A stretch of 63,937 nucleotides of DNA, the filler included, from Reclinomonas americana ATCC 50394 (lineage: Eukaryota): assembly GCA_048213135.1 (NCBI GenBank). It is 15 parts of 15 records of this genome, joined end to end, with 100 filler letters (N's around TTAATTAATTAA, not from the genome) between each part and the next. Parts side by side here need not be neighbours in the genome. Positions count along the whole stretch, not along the records: positions 48,278 to 52,140 come from AFZH01019234.1; positions 52,241 to 55,113 come from AFZH01019236.1; positions 55,214 to 59,691 come from AFZH01019237.1; positions 59,792 to 61,913 come from AFZH01019238.1; 11 more parts are not named here. One strand, given 5' to 3'. Positions 49,410 to 60,427 of this stretch are shown here, piece after piece. The notes beneath the pieces are model-generated. The model was given only the letters and a program-made list of their open reading frames with translations. It was not told where the DNA came from and searched no databases. The stretch's first letter is position 1. Every line of letters begins with the position of its first letter. A program made the translations under genes and the position numbers.

Positions 49410-51639
49410 GTTCTTCGACATTACGGTGAGTGCAGTGTGAGGGAGGGAGGGACTGGGAAAGGAGAAGGAGGAGGGGGAAAGAGAGAGAGGGAAAAGGAGA
49501 AATGAATGAGACAGCAATTCCGTTGGACAATGCATCATGTGAGAGAGAAGAATAGGAAGAACAGCACAGCGCATGGGGCTGCAAGCGTGTGCGTGTGTGT
49601 GAGAGAGAACGACTCAATCGGCGACATCGCCTGCAGACACAAAGTTTTACATGAGTGCAAAACGGAGAGAAAAGGTACACACAGAAGTGCAGCGCAGACT
49701 TTGAAGTTCATCTGTGTGGAAGGTCTTGAAGTTAGAGGGATGAAGTCGTTTTTGTGTTTGTTTGAAAGACGGAGAGACCCAAAAAGCACACGGATGAAGG
49801 AGAAGAGACAGCAGAGAGCGCATGGGCAAGAGAGGAGACGAAAAGCCAGCGACCACGTGCTGCAGCGCATTCACTCTATTCCTCCTCTCCAGATTGGCGG
49901 CAAGAAGGCCGGCCGTGTTGTGTTCGAGCTGTTCGGTGAGTGTCTTGCTTCTCGATGCTTCTCGTTGGACGAGATCCTCATTCTTCATCGCAGCCGACGT
50001 CGTCCCGAGGGTACGTGTGCAATCCCATGACTCTTCTGATTGAGCTCCATCGTGCTCACGTCGCACTGTAATTGCTCTTGCCGATGATTCCCTTCATCCC
50101 ACAGACTGGTGAGTTGCATTTGCTCGACCCTTCCCCTTGCCTCCCACCGCGCTAACTGTTGTGCTCTGCGCGCAGCCGAGAACTTCCGCGCTCTGTGCAC
50201 GGGCGAGAAGGGCACGGGAGCGTGAGTTGTCTTTGCATGTCATCTATGGGCCCTCATTGTGGTAGCTCATGATTGTGTGTGTGTGTGTGCAGGAGCGGCA
50301 AGTCGCTGCAGTGCGTTCGCCTGTCGAGTTCTGCATGAACTGCTGATATCTGTCTCACATTTGTTGCAATCGCGTGTGTTCCTGGCGATCAGCTACAAGG
50401 GCAGCAAGGTTTGTGTGTGCGAGAAGGAGAGAGAGAGAGAGAGAGAGAGAGAGGAGGAGAGAGAGAAGTAGGAGGGAAGAGGGAAGAGAGACAGAGTGAA
50501 TGAGGAAGAGCACACACACATGCACGCAGAGAGGGAGAGAGGGGGGGCACAATGAGAAATTGTGTGTTTGTGCACACCTCTCTCCCTCACTCAAAGATGA
50601 GAAGACGACTCGGTTTCTTTCTCGCCATCTGCTGTCATTTTCTTGTCCCTTGCTCTTTTTCTTCTCGTGCCTCACTCTTCTAGTTTTTGTTCTCCGCTTT
50701 CCCCCTTCTGTCGCTCCCTGTTCTCCTCGCCTTTTGGTCTCGTGTTTGCTCTCCTTTGCATGTTACCGAGTCTCGTTTTCTTGTTTTTCTCTCTTCCTCC
50801 TTCTTCATCCTCTTCTCCCTCCGTCGCTCCCTCTTCTCCTCGCCGTCTGTGCGCTCCTTCGCATGTTCCCGAGTCTCGTTTTCTTGTTTCCCTTCTCTCT
50901 TCTCCATCCTCTTCTCCCCTTCCATCACGCCGTCTACTCCTCGCTGTCTTGGTCTTCTGTTTGCTCTCTTTCCTTCTCCTCTCTTCCTGCCCGTTCCCCT
51001 TCCATTCCCTCTCTAACGTGTTCCGTTGTCACAGTTCCACCGCATCATCCCGAGCTTCATGTGCGTAATACCCGCTGTATCTTCAACTGTTTTACGCAGA
51101 TACTCACCTCTTTGTGTGCACAATGCAGGTGCCAGGGAGTTTCGTTACCCACCCCTCCCATTCTCGCTCGTGTGCATTGCTCACCACCTCGTCTCGTCTG
51201 CATCACCTTATGTATTGACAACAGGGGTAAGTCTTGTTGCTGTGCCGCGATTCTGCGTCTGCGTTGCTGATTGTTGCATTCTCTTGCACAGCGATTTCAC
51301 CCGTGGGTTCGTTGACTGTTTGTGTCCGAATGCTTCCAGAGTCTCACCATCTTGTGTATCTTTACCCCCATCGCCAACAGAGACGGCCGCGGGTGAGTTT
51401 TTCCACACCTGTCTTGCGATCACCATCATTCTCACTCACTCTGCGACGCGCACAGCGGCGAGAGCATCTACGGCCGCAAGTTCGTTGCGTACCTGTCAAG
51501 ATGTGCCGTTGACGTCGCACTCTGCTCACCGCCCTGCAGGACGACGAGAACTTCAACCTGAAGCACACCCGCCCGTACCTGCTGTCGATGGCTAACGCCG
51601 GCCCCAACACCAACGGCTCTCAGTTCTTCATCACCACCG
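49410..51639 (+). CDS. Cyclophilin (peptidyl-prolyl isomerase), divergent-loop type; 14 visible exons, ends incomplete
   Basis: Exons: 49410-25, 49893-935, 49994-50010, 50105-08, 50176-221, 50293-310, 50393-408, 51035-60, 51129-38, 51225-26, 51292-306, 51381-92, 51456-83, 51540-639. They splice to [117 protein letters not shown]. Confidence 0.95.
50105..50108 (+). other. 4-nt micro-exon (ACTG)
   Basis: Context cacag|ACTG|gtgagt. Supplies the T and the first base of the A in the conserved PRTAENF. Confidence 0.9.
51225..51226 (+). other. 2-nt micro-exon (GG)
   Basis: Context aacag|GG|gtaagt. Needed to build the second Gly of QGGDF and to keep the frame. Confidence 0.85.
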
Positions 51640-52012
51640 GTGAGTGCGATAGAAAGGGAAAGGAAAGCATGGAAGGAATGGTGCCTCTCACTTGTGTTTC
51701 TCTTTCCATGACACTCCTTATCGATGATTTGTCTCTCTGCTTGCCTCTTCATGTCTTCATTCTTCGCTCCATTCCATGATTGAGTTCCCGAATCCGTTTT
51801 CCATGTTGTCACGAATTCACTCTTTCTGTCTCGTTGCTTCCTTCCCGCAACCCCTCTTTGTCTCTTTTCCAGTCTCTCCGCCTCTGTGTCTCGATCCCTC
51901 GCCCTCTCCTCATTCAACACTTCTCCTGTTTACCTTCTCATGTTTGTTCTGCACTGGGAGCTACTCTGGGTGATGTGATCCTCTCTTGGTTGCTCTCGCT
52001 CTCTCTCTTTTA

Positions 52013-52051
<39 letters not shown>

Positions 52052-52995
52052 AAGAGAAAGCAGGAGAGACAAGAAGGAGATGTGCTCTCACTTAGTTTAT
52101 TCCAATCCCTGTCCCCCTTTCTTCCCCGTCCTCCTTTCCTNNNNNNNNNNNNNNNNNNNNNNNNNNNNNNNNNNNNNNNNNNNNTTAATTAATTAANNNN
52201 NNNNNNNNNNNNNNNNNNNNNNNNNNNNNNNNNNNNNNNNGCAGAGAAACGGACGCGGAGAACCAACGCACACTTATTGCTCTTTGCACCCGTCGACAGA
52301 GAGGGAGAGAGAGAGACTGAACGCAGTGTACAAGATGCACGCTCTCGTGATCCCGAAAGACGGAGAGGAGAGAATGCTAGTACAAATGGAGGACAGAAAG
52401 AAAACACCGCCGTCCACAGTTCGAGAGCAGACACCAGGAATACACGCATTCTTCAACACCAAGAAAGAAAGAGAGGAACGGAGTGCATGTTGAAGATCAA
52501 GAATGCCGTTCCCACAAAGAATGAAAGACGAAAGTCGGAACACACCAGACATGCCCGTATTTAACAGCTCCCAGAAAAGAAGCGAGATGGCGTGCATTAG
52601 GAAGAGCACGAATGCCATACCCACAAAGAATGGAGGAAAGCTGGAAAGGCAGAAATGCACGCATCCTAAGGGAATGACAGAGGAAGGGACTCCATGTTGA
52701 AGGCGTGAGAGCAATGGACACAAATGGGCGTCCACCAAGAGAGTGTGAGAGAGAGAGAGAGCACTCCAAGCGCAAACGAGCATAAAATGCGCAAGTTACG
52801 CGCAGCAACACAAACACTGATGCAACAAGAGTGAAACCGGCGAATGCGCAGAATGCCAAATTGCGACGCGCATGACGCACACAAACATGCAAAACAGGAG
52901 ACAGTCAATAACACAGACTCTTTCTCCGTCCACCCTCCCGTCCCCACTTTGCCCTTGTCCTCCCTTCCCCTTTTCTCTCCCCTCCTCCCACTCAC

Positions 52996-53685
52996 CGCAA
53001 TCACCACATCCTTCGAGGTGGCGCCATTGCGCGAGCCCACGGCCTCAATCGCACGCACAACGTCCATGCCCTCAGTCACGGAGCCGAACACGACGTGCTT
53101 GCCATCTGCGCCAGGGGGAAGTCAATCACAGCTGTCGACTGAGAGAACGCGCGCACTACCGCCACGAACCGAGCCACTCAGTCTTGGACTGTAGATTGGC
53201 AAGAGAGGGGTGAGTGAGAGTGAGGGAGCACAAACTGGCGACGCAAGTGGCAAAACGCAACGGTGCACAGGAAGAACTGCGAGCCGTTGGTGTTCGGGCC
53301 GGCGTTGGCCATCGACAGGATTCCCGGGCCGGTGTGCTTCAGGGTGAAGTTCTCTGTGGGAGGGTTGGACAATGATGAGCGAGGGACAGGATGAAGAGGG
53401 ATGAAACGGCAGGGGAAAAGATCGGGATACGGTGAAGACGGTTGAAACAGACGAATGTACACAGATGATAAAAGAGACAGCAACAAGGCAAATGACAGAA
53501 GTCGGATGAGACGACAAAAGGGAAACACACAGGGATAAATGGGGAAGGCAGATCTGACGCAAAGACAAACGGAGACAAAGAAGCGCAGTGTGACTGGGAC
53601 AAGAGATAAGAGCGACGGAACGCATGCACCCGCAAGGGAACAAGAAGGGGTCAACGAGGAAAAATTCAACACGAAGTGAGAGAGA

Positions 53686-53733
<48 letters not shown>

Positions 53734-54972
53734 GACGAAACGAAAGAACAAGAAAGGAAGTACGACACAAGCAAAGAGTCGAGATGAGCGAGAAATTACA
53801 GCGAGACAGACGGCAAGCAGCAACAGGCGTGCAGCAGCAGTCAAAACACAATACACACGCACAATTCCAGTGAGAGAAGAAGAGTAGAGAGAGAGAGAGA
53901 GAGAGGAAGACAGAAAATCACATATGATCAAACAGCAGGAGGGCAAAAAACACGTATAGCGGAACGACAGATGTAGGGCTTCGACAAAGGATACTGAAAC
54001 GCAGATATAGAACGACTGAACACGCGATGGGAGGCATTACAAGGCAGCAAACGAAACGAGGAATCAAGAGGCGTGCAACGCCAGTTGAAAACGATACACA
54101 AGCACCATGGCAGTGTGCACAGAGAGAGAGAGAGAGAGTAGAGAGCAAATGCAGCCTCTCTCACTCTCCCTTGCCTTCCCCTTGTCCTCTCCCTCCCCTT
54201 CCTCTCCCTTCCCTTTCCCACCCCCTTTCCCCTTGTCGACTCACCATCGGCGAACTTCCTGTCGCCCGCAACGCAAAACCGCACGACAGTGAGCACATCA
54301 AACTCCCTCAATTCAACACACACGACTGCAGCGCTTACGAAGCTCGCCGTAGATGCTGTATGCACACACACGAAAGTCAGCGACTGCGCATCATCGCCCA
54401 AAATTATCAAGCGACACCAACCTCTTGCCACCAGTGCCGTTGCCGCGGGTGAAGTCGCCCTGATACAAAAAACAGAGATGATCAGTCACTCGCCATCCCT
54501 CCACTCGCACATGACAGTAAAGACTCACGCCCTGGCACATGAAGTCCGGAATAACGCGGTGGAACTGCATGACCACGAAAAGTCAGCCACCCGAGTCTCT
54601 CTCTTCCCTCTCAAAGAAGCGAACCTTGCTGCCCTTGAATCCAAAGCCCTTCTCGCCCGTGCACAGCGCGCGGAAGTTCTCAGCTATCACACAAGTGAGT
54701 CAACCAACATGCAAAGATTCTCCCGCCCAACGAATTTGAGCTCACCCGTCTGCCACGACACAGTGAGTCAGGGCGCATGACGACGAGGAGACAAGCAACA
54801 GTCGAACAACACACACACCTTCGGGCACACGTCGCCTGCCACCCGACAAAAAAGCGCAAGTGAGAAGAGGAGATGTGCGCATACTTTCGCGCCAAAATGT
54901 GCGATTCACTCACCGCGCAGCTCCATGACAATGCGGCCGGCAGCCTTGCCGCCAATGGTCATGTCAAAGTAC
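52996..54972 (-). CDS. PPIA: Cyclophilin A-like peptidyl-prolyl isomerase; 11 visible exons, first and last exons not seen
   Basis: Exons: 54914-72, 54819-35, 54746-49, 54625-83, 54529-64, 54422-59, 54344-55, 54245-58, 53262-353, 53170-88, 52996-53105. They splice to [153 protein letters not shown]. Confidence 0.95.
54746..54749 (-). other. 4-nt micro-exon (ACGG)
   Basis: Context ggcag|ACGG|gtgagc on the minus strand. Same position as the 4-nt exon of the other cyclophilin. Confidence 0.9.
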
Positions 54973-55793
54973 CTATTATGGGAGAGAGAGAGTGTGTGCG
55001 TGTGTGAGAGAGGGGGGAAAAAAAGACAAAAAGTTGGCAGACATTTCTCGCATCTCCGAGACAACAAAAGACGACAATGAGAAGTGCGAAGGGAAAGAGG
55101 CAGTGAGTGAGGANNNNNNNNNNNNNNNNNNNNNNNNNNNNNNNNNNNNNNNNNNNNTTAATTAATTAANNNNNNNNNNNNNNNNNNNNNNNNNNNNNNN
55201 NNNNNNNNNNNNNGAGTGTGTTTGTGTGTGCGTGAGAGAGAGAGGAGAGAGAGCGTGATTGAGACACCATGAGACAGCTCAAAGTCTCTCTCTCACTCGC
55301 TCACTCTCTCTCTCTCGCTCAACAATCAGCACATGTGTACATAAGACAACTGAGAGGAGACGAGCAGACGCACGCACGACAATGCTTTGTGTGTGTGAGC
55401 AAGCGTGTGAGTGTGTGTCAAGGCACATGGCACCACAGACAACGGAACAACAAAAAAAGTGCGTGCACGTGTGCGTATGCAAGAGTGTGCAAGAGTGTGT
55501 GGCAAAAGGAAACGCAACACGTTCGTCTTGGACATTGTGGATTCTCGGGAACAACAAAAAAAGTTGAAAGTGGACAATGAAACGCGAGCAAATGCAAGTG
55601 CATTCTCTTGTATAGTACGCTCTCTTACAGTTCATCTTCATCAGCAAACACACTGCTGTCTTTCCCTCCTTTTTCTTTGCTCTCCTCCCTCCTTGACACT
55701 TCCTTTCTCTCCCCCTTCTCCTTGCTCTCCACTTTCCTTTTCCCCTTTTCCCTCTTGTCCCTTCTCCTTCCCTTTCTCTCCCCCTTCTCCCCT

Positions 55794-56867
55794 ATGGCCT
55801 TCCGCTGCTCCCACACTCTCTCCTACGGTGACAACGTCCCAGTCTGTGCCGTCACCACCACCCCCGACGGTCAGCACATTGTGAGCGGTGATGAAGACGG
55901 AACAGTGCACTTGTGGTCACTGGCGAGTGGAAAGCAAGAAGTGCAGCAGTTCGACGGCCACATGTCTTCTGTGTGGTGCGTCGCCGTCACGCCCGACGGT
56001 CAGCGCATCGTGAGCGGCGGTGCTGATCACACAGTGCGCGTGTGGTCGCTGGCGAGTGGCGAGGAGGTGCTTCAGTTGGAGGGACACACAGACTGGGTGC
56101 TGTCAGTCGCGGTCTCTATGGATAACCAGTTTGCGGTGAGCTGTGGTCACGATTGCACAGTGCGCGTGTGGTCGCTGGCGAGTGGCAAAGAAGTGCGACA
56201 GTTGGTGGGGCACTCGGACTCGGTGCAGACGGTCGCCATTACTCCCGATAGTCAGCTCGTTGTGAGTGGCGGTTGTGATAACACGGTTCGTGTGTGGTCG
56301 CTGGTGAGTGGAAAAGAGGTGCGACGAACGCAGGGGCGCACGTCGTTCATGTTGTCGGCCGCCGTTTCTCCCGACGGTCTGTTCATGGTGACCGGGTGTG
56401 AGGACACGACGGTGCGAGTGTGGTCGCTGGCAAGTGCGGAGGAGGTGCGTCGGTTGGTCGGGCACGAGCATGTCGTAAACTGTGTCGCCGTCACTTCCAA
56501 CAGTCAGCACGTCGTCAGTGGGAGTGAAGACGCGACTGTGCGGGTGTGGTCGCTGGCGAGTGGCGAGGAGGTACAGCGGTTGAAGAGGCACACGGCAAAG
56601 GTGTGGTGTGTTGCCACTACTTCCGATGGCCAGAACATTGTTAGTGCGAGTGAGGATGGTACAGTGCGAGTGTGGTCGACGCCGCACGGTCTTGCTCGGC
56701 AAGAGTTGGAGGTGGCGCGCTTGGCCATGTGCGCGGTGCAAGAGGTGCAAGAGCGGGAAGAGATGGATTCTCGGTGTTTGCCGGAGCTGGTGTTGCGATG
56801 TTTCATTGTCGAGGAGGCCGAGGTCGTGGTGCACCGGTGCTTCTGCAATCCCCGCCTTTCTCTCTGA
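55794..56867 (+). CDS. Intronless 7-repeat WD40 protein with conserved C-terminal tail (copy 1)
   Basis: MAFRCSHTL... followed by seven GH..V..VA.TPDG..VSG..D.TVRVW repeats and the tail GLARQELEVARLAMCAVQEVQ...DSRCLPELVLRCFIVEEAEVVVHRCF. Confidence 0.93.
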   Translation: MAFRCSHTLSYGDNVPVCAVTTTPDGQHIVSGDEDGTVHLWSLASGKQEVQQFDGHMSSVWCVAVTPDGQRIVSGGADHTVRVWSLASGEEVLQLEGHTDWVLSVAVSMDNQFAVSCGHDCTVRVWSLASGKEVRQLVGHSDSVQTVAITPDSQLVVSGGCDNTVRVWSLVSGKEVRRTQGRTSFMLSAAVSPDGLFMVTGCEDTTVRVWSLASAEEVRRLVGHEHVVNCVAVTSNSQHVVSGSEDATVRVWSLASGEEVQRLKRHTAKVWCVATTSDGQNIVSASEDGTVRVWSTPHGLARQELEVARLAMCAVQEVQEREEMDSRCLPELVLRCFIVEEAEVVVHRCFCNPRLSL

Positions 56868-56981
56868 GTGGAGGCGGAGGACATGCAGCTGACACTAATG
56901 ATAGGTACTTCACTGATCGATGCACAACATGAGCATCACCAGTGATCGCCAACAAATCTCGTGTGCTTTCCTTCGACTTAA

Positions 56982-57056
56982 GCAAGTGCGTCAAATCCAC
57001 TGTTCAACCACGCTTTTGCGGTGAAGATCGCAGTTCTCGACTTGTTCGGAGCTCCG
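56982..57056 (+). repeat. Short dispersed element (copy of 8377-8452 and about 8565-8604)
   Basis: Shares blocks with the 8.4-8.6 kb copies and ends in the palindrome CGGAGCTCCG. Confidence 0.7.
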
Positions 57057-57219
57057 AGAGCGAACACACTCACACAACAAGGAACCTGCTGCTGCCTCAA
57101 GACTGGTGTCTGTTGATGTTTTGAATATGGTTGAACTTGTTCATACAGCTGTTGCTTGTTTGTTGAATAAATTGTTGTTGCCTGTAGATTGCTGGGCAGT
57201 TGGTGGCTTCTTGCGAGGT

Positions 57220-57450
57220 CGAATGAAGGCAACTCACCCCACTTCCAGATCGCCGATCGCGAGTCGCTCGCTCACTTGGATCCAGCGGCGATGCAGCAGC
57301 ATCAACGTCGATGCCTGACAGAAAGAGACATGCAGTGGCAACATGTCCTCGTCGAAAACACCTTGAGACTCGCAAGCACGACGTAGCAAGAAGAGGACGT
57401 CTCCGTCAGAGGACGAGCTCGGAGGTTTGACGGAATTCTGTCCTCTCCAC
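57220..57450 (+). repeat. Duplicated intergenic segment of the WD40 array (paralogous to about 58720-58925)
   Basis: Shared CGAATGAAG.CAACTCACCCCACTTCCAGAT...GACAGAAAGAGACATGCAGTGGCAACATGTCCTCGTCGAAAACACCTT...GAATTCTGTCCTCTC. Confidence 0.9.
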
Positions 57451-57453
57451 AAT

Positions 57454-57492
<39 letters not shown>

Positions 57493-57577
57493 ACAGCAAC
57501 AACATCGACCCGTCTGCTCTCCCTTCTCCTCTCCTCCTCTCCTCCCTCTCCCCCCCTTCTCCCTTCCACCCTTCCCT

Positions 57578-58663
57578 ATGTCCTTCCGCTGCTCCCGCAC
57601 TCTCCCGCACGTCGACAACGTCCTGGTCGATGCTCTCGCCATCACACCCGACAGTCAGCACATTGTGAGCGGTCAACGAGACGGAACATTGCGTTTGTGG
57701 TCACTCGCAACTGGGAAGCAAGTGCGACACTACGACGGGCACACGTACGCTGTGAACTGCGTCGCCGTCACTCCCGACGGCCGGCACATTGTGAGCGGCG
57801 GTGACGATTGCGCAGTGCGAGTGTGGTCGGTGGTGAGTGGCGAGAAGGTGTATGAGATGGAGGGACACGAGGATTCGGTGTTGTGTGTGGCGATCACTCC
57901 CGACGGTCGGCTAGTTGTGAGTGGGAGTGAGGACTGCACAGTGTGCGTGTGGTCGCTGGCGAGTGGGGAACAAGTGCGGCAGTGGAAGGCACATGATGGT
58001 TTCACGCGGTCTGTCGCCATTACTCCCGACAGTCATCTCCTTGTGAGCGGCGGTACTGATAACATTGTGCGTGTCTGGTCGCTGGCGAGTGGCGAGCAAG
58101 TGCGACAGTTAAAGGGGCAGACAGGCTGGGTGGCGGCTGTGGCTGTTACTCCCGATGGTCAGCACGTTGTGAGTGGAAGTGATGACTGCACCGTGCGAGT
58201 GTGGTCTCTGGCGACTGGGGAAGAACTGAGACTGTTTGGGGGGTACATCGGGGAAGTGATGTCCATCGTCGTCACCCCCGATGGCCAACACATTGTGACT
58301 GACTGCGACGACACGACAGTGCGTGTGTGGTCGCTGGTGAGCGGCAAAGAAACACAACGGTTGCAGGGACACGCTGAGGAGGTGTGCTCTGTGGCCGTCG
58401 CCTCCGATGGCCAGCACATCATGTGCGGGGATGGCGATGGCATAGTGCGCGTGTGGTCGACGCCGTGTGGTCTTGCTCGACTGGAGATGGAGGTGGCGCG
58501 CTTGGCGATGCGTGCAGTGCAAGAGATGCAGCGGGTAGGGGCAGCAACGGAGGAGGAGGTGGATTCTCGGTGTTTGCCGGAGATGGTGCTGCGCTGCTTT
58601 ATCGTGGAGGAGGCCGCAGTCGTGGTGCACCGGTGTTTCCGCGATTCTCACCTTTGTTTCTGA
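57578..58663 (+). CDS. Intronless 7-repeat WD40 protein with conserved C-terminal tail (copy 2)
   Basis: 361-aa ORF, MSFRCSRTL..., with seven WD40 repeats and the tail ...DSRCLPEMVLRCFIVEEAAVVVHRCF. Confidence 0.93.
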   Translation: MSFRCSRTLPHVDNVLVDALAITPDSQHIVSGQRDGTLRLWSLATGKQVRHYDGHTYAVNCVAVTPDGRHIVSGGDDCAVRVWSVVSGEKVYEMEGHEDSVLCVAITPDGRLVVSGSEDCTVCVWSLASGEQVRQWKAHDGFTRSVAITPDSHLLVSGGTDNIVRVWSLASGEQVRQLKGQTGWVAAVAVTPDGQHVVSGSDDCTVRVWSLATGEELRLFGGYIGEVMSIVVTPDGQHIVTDCDDTTVRVWSLVSGKETQRLQGHAEEVCSVAVASDGQHIMCGDGDGIVRVWSTPCGLARLEMEVARLAMRAVQEMQRVGAATEEEVDSRCLPEMVLRCFIVEEAAVVVHRCFRDSHLCF

Positions 58664-59079
58664 GCGGTGGACATGCAGATGGCAAGAGGCACCGGCTTTG
58701 TTGAATGGCTTTTTGCGATCGAATGAAGACAACTCACCCCACTTCCAGATACCCGAGTCGCTCGCTTACTTGAATCCAGCAGCATCAACGTCGACGCCTG
58801 ACAGAAAGAGACATGCAGTGGCAACATGTCCTCGTCGAAAACACCTTTGACTCGCAAGCGCGACGTAGAACGAAGAGGACATCTCCGTCAGAGGAGGACT
58901 GACAGAATTCTGTCCTCTCACAAAGCACACGCACACACAGAAGCAACAGCAACAGCATCACCCTCTGTTCTCCTTTCTCCTCTCCCCTGTCATCCCTCTC
59001 CTTCTCCTCCCTCCCTGCTCCTCTCCTCCTCTCTCCCTGTCTCTCACACTTCTCCTTCCCTTCCCTCTCTTCTCTCCCT

Positions 59080-59691
59080 ATGGCCTTCCGCTGCTCCCGC
59101 ACTCTCCCGCACGGCAACAAAAACGCAATCCTCGCTGTCGCCACCACTCCCGACGGTCAGCACATTGTGAGCGGCGACGGAGACGGAGCAGTGCACTTGT
59201 GGTCGCTGGCGAGTGGGCAAGAAGTGCGACTGTACAAGGGCCACACTTCCTCTGTGTGGTGTGTCGCCGTCACGCCCGACGGCCGGCACATTGTGAGCGG
59301 TGGTGACGATCGCACAGTGCGCGTGTGGTCGATGGTGAGTGGCGAAGAAGAGCATCGAATGGAGGGACACACTGAACAGGTGTTGTCTGTCGCGGTCTCT
59401 GCGGATAACCAGTACGCAGTGAGCGGGGGAACCGATGGCACAGTGTACGTGTGGTCTCTGGCGAGTGGCGAGCAAGTGCACCGACTGGAGGGACACGCTG
59501 GCGGCGTGCCTTCTGTTGCCGTCACTCCCGACAGCCAACTCATTGTGAGTGGAGGTCGGGACGCAACAGTGCGTGTCTGGTCACTGGCGAGTGGCGAGCA
59601 AGTGACGCAATTGGAGGGACACACAGAATGGATGACTGCAGTGGCGGTCACCCCCGATGGACAGTTCATTGTCAGTGCGAGTTACGACGAG
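59080..59691 (+). CDS. Intronless WD40 protein, 5' part (copy 3, cut by gap)
   Basis: MAFRCSRTL... followed by four complete repeats and part of a fifth. Confidence 0.9.
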
Positions 59692-59791
59692 NNNNNNNNN
59701 NNNNNNNNNNNNNNNNNNNNNNNNNNNNNNNNNNNTTAATTAATTAANNNNNNNNNNNNNNNNNNNNNNNNNNNNNNNNNNNNNNNNNNNN

Positions 59792-60427
59792 GCCGTTGCC
59801 ACTCTCGACAGCCGACACGTGGTGAGCGGCAGCGACGATCGCACTGTGCGGGTGTGGTCGCTCGCGAGTGGCGAGGAGGTGCGATGCATGGTGGGTCACA
59901 CCGGCAACGTGGTCTCTGTCGCCGTCACCGCAGATGGTCGACACGTGCTGAGTGGGAGTACCGACCGTACTTTGCGCGTGTGGTCATTGGAGAGCGGGGA
60001 AGAGGTGCAACGGCTGCAGGGACACTCTGGCGTGGTCATGTCGGTGGCCGTCACTCCCGACGGTCGTCACTTTGTGAGTGGCAGTTACGATAACTCAGTG
60101 CAAGTGTGGTCTGCGTCGAGTGGCGAGATGGTGCGTCGACTGGAGGGCCACGATCTGTGGGTGTGGTCAGTGGCTGTGGCTCCGGGTGGCCAGCATATTG
60201 TTAGCGCGAGTGGTGATTGGACGGTGCGCGTGTGGTCGACGCCGTGCGGCCTCGCTCGACAGGAGATGGATGCTGCGCGGTCGGCCATGCGGGCGGTGCA
60301 GGAGATGCAGGAAAAAGGGGAAGGAGATTCACGGTGCCTGCCGGAGATGGTGTTGCGGTGCTTCATGGTGGAGGAAGCGGAGGTCGTGGTGCGTCGTTGT
60401 CTCAGCGATCCCCAGCTGTATCTGTGA
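59792..60427 (+). CDS. Intronless WD40 protein, 3' part (end of copy 3 or a fourth copy)
   Basis: One partial and three complete repeats, then the tail ...DSRCLPEMVLRCFMVEEAEVVVRRCL. A degenerate duplicate of the tail follows at about 60440-60505. Confidence 0.9.
   Translation, partial: AVATLDSRHVVSGSDDRTVRVWSLASGEEVRCMVGHTGNVVSVAVTADGRHVLSGSTDRTLRVWSLESGEEVQRLQGHSGVVMSVAVTPDGRHFVSGSYDNSVQVWSASSGEMVRRLEGHDLWVWSVAVAPGGQHIVSASGDWTVRVWSTPCGLARQEMDAARSAMRAVQEMQEKGEGDSRCLPEMVLRCFMVEEAEVVVRRCLSDPQLYL

Noticed and set aside
49402..49425. ATG at 49402 (MSRFFDIT) as the cyclophilin start
   Set aside because: It is in frame, but the paralog has an acceptor at the identical position, so an upstream exon is more likely. 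Not excluded.
56103..59669. Long antisense ORFs over the WD40 genes
   Set aside because: Shadow frames of GC-rich repetitive coding sequence with no independent motifs.
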